IMG/VR virus record: IMGVR_UViG_648276653_000008
Source: a virus
Taxonomy: Duplodnaviria > Heunggongvirae > Uroviricota > Caudoviricetes
Reading direction: 5' to 3' (one strand)
Length of the DNA stretch: 4,733 bases
The position numbers and the translations under genes are program-made. Below, piece by piece: positions 1 through 4,733 of this stretch; within the stretch, counting starts at the first letter, position 1, and each line of letters starts with the position of its first letter. Below the pieces are notes generated by a model, which was not told where the DNA came from, searched no databases, and worked only from the letters and a program-made list of their open reading frames with translations.

Positions 1-1971
1 GGTCAGACGGAGCAGGAAGCTCACGCCCTTCACCACCTTCGGCGTGTCCCAGCGCGCCAGCACCTGATATTCCCCGCTGTCTGCGGTGACTTCGGCAGTC
101 AGGTGCTGCACCGCTGGCGGCGTGACACCATTCACCGTGCCGCTCTGGTCGCCGTCAAAGTGCGCCCCGTTATCCACGATGGCTTCTTTTTCCGGTACAT
201 GCTGCACGGCGGTGATGGCATACGTGCCGTCGTCGTTCTCACGGATACTCACGCAGCGGAACAGGCGCTGGCGCAGCGTCGGCAGCTTCAGCCCCCACAC
301 GCTGTATTCAGCAACGCCGTCAGGAACACGGCTCACTTTCACCTTCACGCCGTCGGTGACGGACTGAACCTCCACGCTGACCGGATTGCCACTTCCGTCA
401 ACCAGGCTTATCAGCGTGGTACCGGAGGATGGCAGCGTGATTTCACGGTCGAGCGTCAGTGTCCGCGTCTGGCTGTTCACTGCCAGCACACGCCCACCGA
501 TGCTGATCCCCGCATAGTCATCATCGCAGATTTCAATGACATCGCCCGGTACATGGCGAAGCCCTTCAGCACCCACGCTGAAGTCCACGGTCTGCGTTTC
601 CAGCAGTTCTGTTTTAATCAGCCACAGCCCGGCTCGGTGTGCCTGCCCCCGGCTGGTACAGCCAAAGGCATCCATCTTCGTGACGTTACGACCGTAACGG
701 GCAATGGCCTGCGTGTCCTCCACAAGCTCTGTTGCCGTCTCCCAGCCGTTGTTCGGGTCAATCCAGTTCACCTCAACGGCATTATGGCGGTCCTTCAGGG
801 CGCTGAAGCTGTAGCGGAACGGCGCGCCATCATCCGGCATCACCACATTACTGCGGTTATAGGTCCACACCTTATCTGATGGTCGGTCCTGCACGAACGT
901 CAGCGTCTGCCCGTTCCATACCGGCATACAGCGCATCGCCGAGCAGAAATCACTGAGAACATCCCACGCCTTACGCTGTGTGGTCAGGTACGCATTACAG
1001 GTGATGCGCGGCTCCGTGCCGCCAAAACCGTCCGGCACCGACTGGTCGCAACACTGGCCGATGACATACAGCGCCCATTTATCCACATCTGCCGCACCAA
1101 GACGTTTACCCATGCCGTAGCGCGGGTGGGTCAGCATATCCCACAGACACCAGGCCATGTTGTTGCTGTATGCTGGCTTAAACGTTCCGTCCCAGATACC
1201 GCTGTATTGCCGCGTCTGCGGGTTATAGTTCGACGGCACCTGCAGAATACGCCCGCGAAGATGATAATTACGGCTCACCTGCTGGCTGCCGAACTGCTCC
1301 GAATCCACCTGTACGCCGACCAGTGCCGTGTTCGGGTAGCACTGTTTCACATCGATGATTTCGGTGTATGACGACCAGAGCGTTTTGTTCTGCAGCTGGT
1401 CTGTGGTGCTGTCCGGCGTCATCCTGCGCATCCGGATGTTGAACGGGCGCGGCGGCAGATTATCCACCACTACCGAGGCCAGATACTGCGAGGTGGTTTT
1501 GCCCTTAATGGTGATGTCTTTTTCCGTCACCCAGCCACCGTTACGTTGTATCTGAACCAGCAGGCGAACTTCCGACGGATTCCTGTCCCCCTTTGAGGTG
1601 GTTTCCACCAGTGCCTGCACACCGAAGGTAAAGCGCAGACGGTCAATGTTTGCAGACGTAATGGTGCGGGTGATCGGCGTGTCATATTTCACTTCCGTAC
1701 CCAGCACCGTCTCGGAGCCGGAGGATTCAAATCCCTCCGGCGGTGACTGCTCCTGCTCACCGGCCCGGAACACCACCGTGACGCCGGATATATTGGTATT
1801 CCCCTCACTGTCCAGCACCGGCGTACTGTTCAGCAGCACGCTTTTTAATCCATCCACCGGACCTTCAACCGGCCCTTCACTGATGGCGTCTATCACGCTC
1901 AGCATCTGGGATGATTTCAGGTTGTCCTTCGCTTCGCGCGGGGTATGCCCCTTACTGCTGCCTTTACCCAT
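1..1971 (-). CDS. J: Host specificity / central tail fibre protein J, N-terminal 657 codons (5'-partial in window; gene continues beyond position 1)
   Basis: Minus-strand ATG at 1971..1969; frame stays open to position 1 with no stop (consistent with no complete minus ORF in the track here). My translation starts MGKGSSKGHTPREAKDN and at the window edge reads LARWDTPKVVKGVSFLLRLT, which I recognise as lambda gpJ. Sits directly downstream of I, as in lambda. Confidence 0.93.
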   Translation of the reverse strand, partial: MGKGSSKGHTPREAKDNLKSSQMLSVIDAISEGPVEGPVDGLKSVLLNSTPVLDSEGNTNISGVTVVFRAGEQEQSPPEGFESSGSETVLGTEVKYDTPITRTITSANIDRLRFTFGVQALVETTSKGDRNPSEVRLLVQIQRNGGWVTEKDITIKGKTTSQYLASVVVDNLPPRPFNIRMRRMTPDSTTDQLQNKTLWSSYTEIIDVKQCYPNTALVGVQVDSEQFGSQQVSRNYHLRGRILQVPSNYNPQTRQYSGIWDGTFKPAYSNNMAWCLWDMLTHPRYGMGKRLGAADVDKWALYVIGQCCDQSVPDGFGGTEPRITCNAYLTTQRKAWDVLSDFCSAMRCMPVWNGQTLTFVQDRPSDKVWTYNRSNVVMPDDGAPFRYSFSALKDRHNAVEVNWIDPNNGWETATELVEDTQAIARYGRNVTKMDAFGCTSRGQAHRAGLWLIKTELLETQTVDFSVGAEGLRHVPGDVIEICDDDYAGISIGGRVLAVNSQTRTLTLDREITLPSSGTTLISLVDGSGNPVSVEVQSVTDGVKVKVSRVPDGVAEYSVWGLKLPTLRQRLFRCVSIRENDDGTYAITAVQHVPEKEAIVDNGAHFDGDQSGTVNGVTPPAVQHLTAEVTADSGEYQVLARWDTPKVVKGVSFLLRLT

Positions 1972-1993
1972 TCCTCACGCTCCAGAAACGACA

Positions 1994-2013
1994 AAACCGC
2001 CCTGAGGCGGTTT
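1994..2013 (-). terminator. Stem-loop in the I-J intergenic spacer (8-bp stem, 4-nt loop) followed by a U-rich tract on the minus-strand transcript; candidate intrinsic terminator or mRNA-stabilising hairpin
   Basis: Minus strand reads AAACCGCC-TCAG-GGCGGTTT then TGTCGTTTCT: a perfect inverted repeat (plus 1994..2001 pairs with 2006..2013) with a U-rich 3' flank, between the I stop (2032..2034) and the J ATG (1971). Structure seen directly; function inferred. Confidence 0.35.
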
Positions 2014-2031
2014 CACATAAAACGTTTTGCA

Positions 2032-2679
2032 TCAGCGACCAATCACCACAACCTGACCACCGTCCCCTTCGTCTGCCGTGCTGATCTCCTGAGAAGCCAC
2101 CCGCGACCCCACGCGCATTTCACCGTACAGAACGGGCAGAACATTGCCCTGGGCAACCATGTTATCCAGTGAGGAGAAATAGGTGTTCTGCTTACCGTTA
2201 TCCGTTGTCTGTGTACGGGGAGTTCTGGCTTTCGGTGCCAGCATCTGCGCCACACCGCCAAGGATCATACTGGCCCCCGCAGCATACATGCCCGATAAAG
2301 CCGCAGCTCCCAGCCAGCCTGCAGGGTTCCACCACGCCACTGCAATCAGCGCCGCACCCAGCACCGCCTGAAACACACCGCCACTTTTGGCTCCTGCCAG
2401 ACGCGGCACGATATGGATCACAGCACCATTTGCCAGCGGTTCATTAAGACGGGCTGATAATTCATTTTCGCCTGCATCACGCCCGGCAATGCGCACCTGA
2501 TACCAGCCCTCATTCAGTTTCTGGCGAAACGACGGAAGCTGCGTGGCCAGCGCCCGGATGGCTTCGGCCCCCGTTTTCACACGAAGGTCGATGCGGCGGC
2601 CAAATCGTTGTAAATCCCCGTAAAGGCAGATGCGTGCCATGCCCGGTGACGCCAGAGGGAGTGTGTGCGTCGCTGCCAT
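2032..2679 (-). CDS. I: Tail tip assembly protein I (215 aa, stop included)
   Basis: Track ORF 2032..2679 (-), MAATHTLPLASPGMARICLYGDLQRFGRRIDLRVKTGAEAIRALA..., ending GDGGQVVVIGR; recognised as lambda gpI family. Its 5' end overlaps the 3' end of K by 103 nt in another frame, as in lambda. SD-like GAGAGG at 2691..2696. Confidence 0.9.
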   Translation of the reverse strand: MAATHTLPLASPGMARICLYGDLQRFGRRIDLRVKTGAEAIRALATQLPSFRQKLNEGWYQVRIAGRDAGENELSARLNEPLANGAVIHIVPRLAGAKSGGVFQAVLGAALIAVAWWNPAGWLGAAALSGMYAAGASMILGGVAQMLAPKARTPRTQTTDNGKQNTYFSSLDNMVAQGNVLPVLYGEMRVGSRVASQEISTADEGDGGQVVVIGR

Positions 2680-3320
2680 TTGTCTGTATACCTCTCTCGT
2701 TTGCTCAGTTGTTCAGGAATATGGTGCAGCAGCTCGCCGTCGCCACAGTAAATGGCGGCATGATTCGGCACCGATGAACCAAAACAGCACAGCAGCACGT
2801 CGCCAGGCTGCGCCTCTGTCAGTGGGACACGGTAAAAACCCGTTGCCTCCATATTGTCAAGATAGAGATTCTGACCGTGACGCCACCAGTCATCCTCGCG
2901 ATGAAAATCCGGCATCTCAATCCCCGCCAGATGATAAGCATCCCGGAACAGCGTGTAACAGTCCGTCACCCCGTGCTCAAAGCGCCGCCCGGTGAGATGC
3001 GGCACACAGCGGAACTTATGAATCGTCCCCCGGCAGACCAGCCACCACGGCAAATCACTCTGCACCTGCAGCCGCCGGTCGGCCTCACTCAGCCAGGGCA
3101 GACCACCGGGGTGGCTGTGGACCAGCGCCACAATCTCACCCTGCATTTCTGCCTGCAGCCAGTCTTCCGGCGACATACGGAAATACGCCTCCGGCTCACC
3201 GGAGATATTCACGCAGGGGAAATATCTTTCCCCCTCCGGCGTGCTTACCACGAAGCCGCACGACTCCGCTGGCGCACATCGCCGGGCGTGCGCCAGAATC
3301 GCTGATTCTGTCTGTGTCAT
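2577..3320 (-). CDS. K: Tail tip assembly protein K, JAB/MPN plus NlpC/P60 two-domain protein (247 aa from first ATG; alternative internal start at 3176 gives 199 aa)
   Basis: Track ORF 2577..3320 (-). Contains JAMM-like motif H68-S-H70-x7-S78-x2-D81 (VHSHPGGLPWLSEAD) and an NlpC/P60-like Cys (TDCYTLF, C121) with downstream His residues (NHAAIY, ELLHHI). Recognised as lambda gpK. First ATG lies 5 nt after the L stop. Confidence 0.88.
   Translation of the reverse strand: MTQTESAILAHARRCAPAESCGFVVSTPEGERYFPCVNISGEPEAYFRMSPEDWLQAEMQGEIVALVHSHPGGLPWLSEADRRLQVQSDLPWWLVCRGTIHKFRCVPHLTGRRFEHGVTDCYTLFRDAYHLAGIEMPDFHREDDWWRHGQNLYLDNMEATGFYRVPLTEAQPGDVLLCCFGSSVPNHAAIYCGDGELLHHIPEQLSKRERYTDKWQRRTHSLWRHRAWHASAFTGIYNDLAAASTFV
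3188..3192 (-). promoter_or_regulatory. Shine-Dalgarno (GGAGG) upstream of the internal K Met49 ATG at 3176
   Basis: Minus strand reads GCCGGAGGCGTATTTCCGTATG; GGAGG is the complement of plus cctcc at 3188..3192, with an 11-nt spacer. The first K ATG at 3320 has no comparable SD. Confidence 0.4.
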
Positions 3321-3325
3321 GGGAT

Positions 3326-4024
3326 TTACTGCGAAAGTTTGTTAATGGAAAGGAAGCCGCCAAAGTTGCCGACGTTATTGCGGAACTTACAACCGCTCAG
3401 GCATTTGCTGCATTTATCCTTCGTGATATCGGACGTCGGCTGGTCATATTCATCCGCGACTGCCGGACCGTGATAACCGCACTCATCACCGCGATAGGTC
3501 CAGGTGCAGGTGTTGGCCAGCATGATACGTCCCGGAAAAACAGCACCGTCCGTTTCCGTCGGCGTGGACAGTACAAAAGAGGCACTCACCGCGCTCAGTT
3601 CGCTGCACTGCTCAATGCGCCAGCGGCTGATCACCTCCTGCTCCGGATCGGCGTCACTGTTTCCGTTGACGAAGTTCACCGCATCCAGAAAACGGGCGTA
3701 AACCTTACGCCGGACCACCGTTCCGCCGACCAGACTCTGCAGATCTTCCGCCATCCCGGTGACCATACCGTACAGGTTAGAAACCGTCAGCGTGGGGCGC
3801 GTACTGGTGCCTTTGCCATTCAGTTCAAAACCACTCCCCTGAATGGGATACGGCTGATACTGTCGCCCCTGCCAGGTGACCGGCTCACCTTTTTCGTTCT
3901 GCTCATTACAGAAAAAATAACGTTCTCCACCGACCTCTGTCAGATCGATTTCCCAGAGCACCACGCTGGCCGACTGCTCCGCACGGGTGCATTCATTCAG
4001 TGTTTCCTGCCGGATATCCTGCAT
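3326..4024 (-). CDS. L: Tail tip protein L (232 aa, stop included)
   Basis: Track ORF 3326..4024 (-), MQDIRQETLNECTRAEQSASVVLWEIDLTEVGGERYFFCNEQ...; length and sequence match my recollection of lambda gpL. C-terminal Cys cluster (C173, C182, C205, C208, C212). Start overlaps the M stop (TGATG). Confidence 0.93.
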   Translation of the reverse strand: MQDIRQETLNECTRAEQSASVVLWEIDLTEVGGERYFFCNEQNEKGEPVTWQGRQYQPYPIQGSGFELNGKGTSTRPTLTVSNLYGMVTGMAEDLQSLVGGTVVRRKVYARFLDAVNFVNGNSDADPEQEVISRWRIEQCSELSAVSASFVLSTPTETDGAVFPGRIMLANTCTWTYRGDECGYHGPAVADEYDQPTSDITKDKCSKCLSGCKFRNNVGNFGGFLSINKLSQ

Positions 4025-4353
4025 CAGTTCACCACCTGTTTAAACTCTGCGCTGAACTCAACACGCAACATACTGACCTGCGACGACCATTTTGCGCAGG
4101 TCACCTTTATCTGCCTGTAACCATAAGGCGGCGTCCACAGAAAGGCCTTCCAGCCCCCGTGCTCAGCCAGAAACGACTCCAGCGCCGTGGCCTCCTCACG
4201 GGAGACAGACAGCGTCACGCTGTACGTTTTCAGGTCAGCGTTCAGCCCGGCAGGCGCACGCTGGGAATAGCCATCACCAAAGCGCACCTCCCTGACGGAA
4301 GGAGCAGATGTCACATCCATCCCGGGTTTCACTTTCCAGCGGAAGGTTTTCAT
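4024..4353 (-). CDS. M: Tail tip protein M (109 aa, stop included)
   Basis: Track ORF 4024..4353 (-), MKTFRWKVKPGMDVTSAPSVREVRFGDGYSQRAPAGLNADLKTYSV...; 109 aa as in lambda gpM. Strong SD GGAGG (plus 4360..4364) 6 nt upstream of the ATG. The ATG overlaps the H stop (ATGA). Confidence 0.92.
   Translation of the reverse strand: MKTFRWKVKPGMDVTSAPSVREVRFGDGYSQRAPAGLNADLKTYSVTLSVSREEATALESFLAEHGGWKAFLWTPPYGYRQIKVTCAKWSSQVSMLRVEFSAEFKQVVN
4029..4037 (-). promoter_or_regulatory. Shine-Dalgarno-like element for L (AGGTGGTGA), inside the 3' end of M
   Basis: Minus strand reads AACAGGTGGTGAACTGATG; one mismatch to the extended SD AGGAGGTGA, 4-nt spacer. Confidence 0.4.
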
Positions 4354-4733
4354 CGTCCACCTCCGGAGAACAGACCACCATCGCGCATCTGCCCGGTCAC
4401 AACATCCATTGCCGCCTTACGGGCTACGTCATAAACAGCCTTCAGCGCCTGTGGCCCTATCTGACCGTTCGTGCCGTCGTTGTTAATCACCACATGGTTA
4501 TTCTGCTCAAACTTCCCGGACGCCTGCGAGCGGCTGTCCGCCATGCTGCCCGGTGTACCGACATAACCGCCGGTGGCATAGCCGCGCATCAGCCGGTAGA
4601 GATTCCCCACGCCAATCCGGCTGGTTGCCTCCTTAGTGAAGACAAATTCACCACGGTGAACAATCCCCGCTGGCTCATATTTGCCGCCGGTTCCCGTAAA
4701 TCCCCCGGTTGCAAAATGGAATTTCGCCGCAGC
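4350..4733 (-). CDS. H: Tail tape measure protein H, C-terminal 127 codons plus stop (3'-partial in window; gene starts beyond position 4733)
   Basis: Manual minus-strand translation in the frame of track ORF 4350..4610 shows no stop between 4611 and 4733: AAAKFHFATGGFTGTGGKYEPAGIVHRGEFVFTKEATSRIGVGNLYRLMRGYATGGYVGTPGS...MRDGGLFSGGGR*. The track's M at 4610 is a GTG valine codon inside a longer frame. Position immediately upstream of M fits lambda gene order; sequence resembles the lambda gpH C-terminus as I recall it. Confidence 0.85.
   Translation of the reverse strand, partial: AAAKFHFATGGFTGTGGKYEPAGIVHRGEFVFTKEATSRIGVGNLYRLMRGYATGGYVGTPGSMADSRSQASGKFEQNNHVVINNDGTNGQIGPQALKAVYDVARKAAMDVVTGQMRDGGLFSGGGR
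4360..4364 (-). promoter_or_regulatory. Shine-Dalgarno for M (GGAGG, 6-nt spacer to ATG), inside the 3' end of H
   Basis: Minus strand reads CCGGAGGTGGACGATG; core GGAGG is the complement of plus cctcc at 4360..4364. Confidence 0.6.

Noticed and set aside
103-879. 258-aa plus-strand ORF (similar long plus-strand ORFs at 86..367, 1126..1371, 1355..1555, 1598..2005 and 1945..2172)
   Set aside because: Lies entirely antisense to the J coding frame, which is confidently identified. Translation is Arg/His/Pro/Val-rich with no recognisable motif, as expected for an antisense shadow ORF in GC-rich coding DNA, and has no plausible SD or operon context.
1994-2013. I-J hairpin acting as a terminator for plus-strand (antisense) transcription
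   Set aside because: On the plus strand the stem is followed by TTTCACATAAAACG, which is not a clean U-tract, and no plus-strand gene would be served; the minus-strand orientation is more plausible.
2043-2447. Small ORFs nested within I (minus 2043..2261; plus 2169..2447 and 2183..2371) and within L (minus 3397..3585)
   Set aside because: Out-of-frame or antisense overlaps with confidently assigned genes, and no motifs; most likely chance ORFs.
3314-4120. 268-aa plus-strand ORF (also 2877..3305, 2630..2995, 3504..3701, 4000..4434, 4092..4295)
   Set aside because: Antisense to L, K and M; no recognisable domain and low-complexity composition; the minus-strand genes fully explain the region.
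4350-4610. 86-aa minus-strand ORF as an independent small gene
   Set aside because: Its start is a GTG valine codon inside a frame that remains open to the window edge; it is the 3' end of the tape measure gene H, not a separate gene.
1-4733. Possibility of a novel defence or accessory system, moron, tRNA, CRISPR array, IS element or Chi site in the window
   Set aside because: Coding density is essentially 100% by six canonical tail genes with coupled junctions; the only intergenic space is 60 nt. By eye I found no direct-repeat array, no tRNA-like cloverleaf region, no terminal inverted repeats, and no GCTGGTGG or CCACCAGC octamer. The window is best explained as an ordinary lambdoid tail-tip module.

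Overview
The whole window is one tightly packed, co-oriented block of phage tail genes on the minus strand, in lambda order: the 3' end of the tape-measure gene H (4350..4733, runs off the window), M (4024..4353), L (3326..4024), K (2577..3320), I (2032..2679) and the 5' 657 codons of the host-specificity/central tail fibre gene J (1..1971, runs off the window). Assignments rest on my own translation of the minus strand and on recognising the products as lambda gpH/M/L/K/I/J from memory; no database search was possible. Gene junctions are the classic coupled kind (ATGA, TGATG, a 5-nt gap, a 103-nt out-of-frame K/I overlap), and the only real intergenic space is 60 nt between I and J, which holds a terminator-like hairpin. 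I do not see a novel or undescribed system here: there is no unassigned coding capacity, and all plus-strand ORFs in the track look like antisense shadows. The points worth a second look are the K start site (the first ATG restores a complete JAMM/MPN motif), the K (JAB plus NlpC/P60) and I (ubiquitin-like, as described in the literature) pairing, a Gly/Ala-rich hydrophobic segment in I that appears to differ in length from lambda, the Cys cluster at the C-terminus of L, and the I-J hairpin. No tRNA, CRISPR, IS element or Chi octamer was seen.
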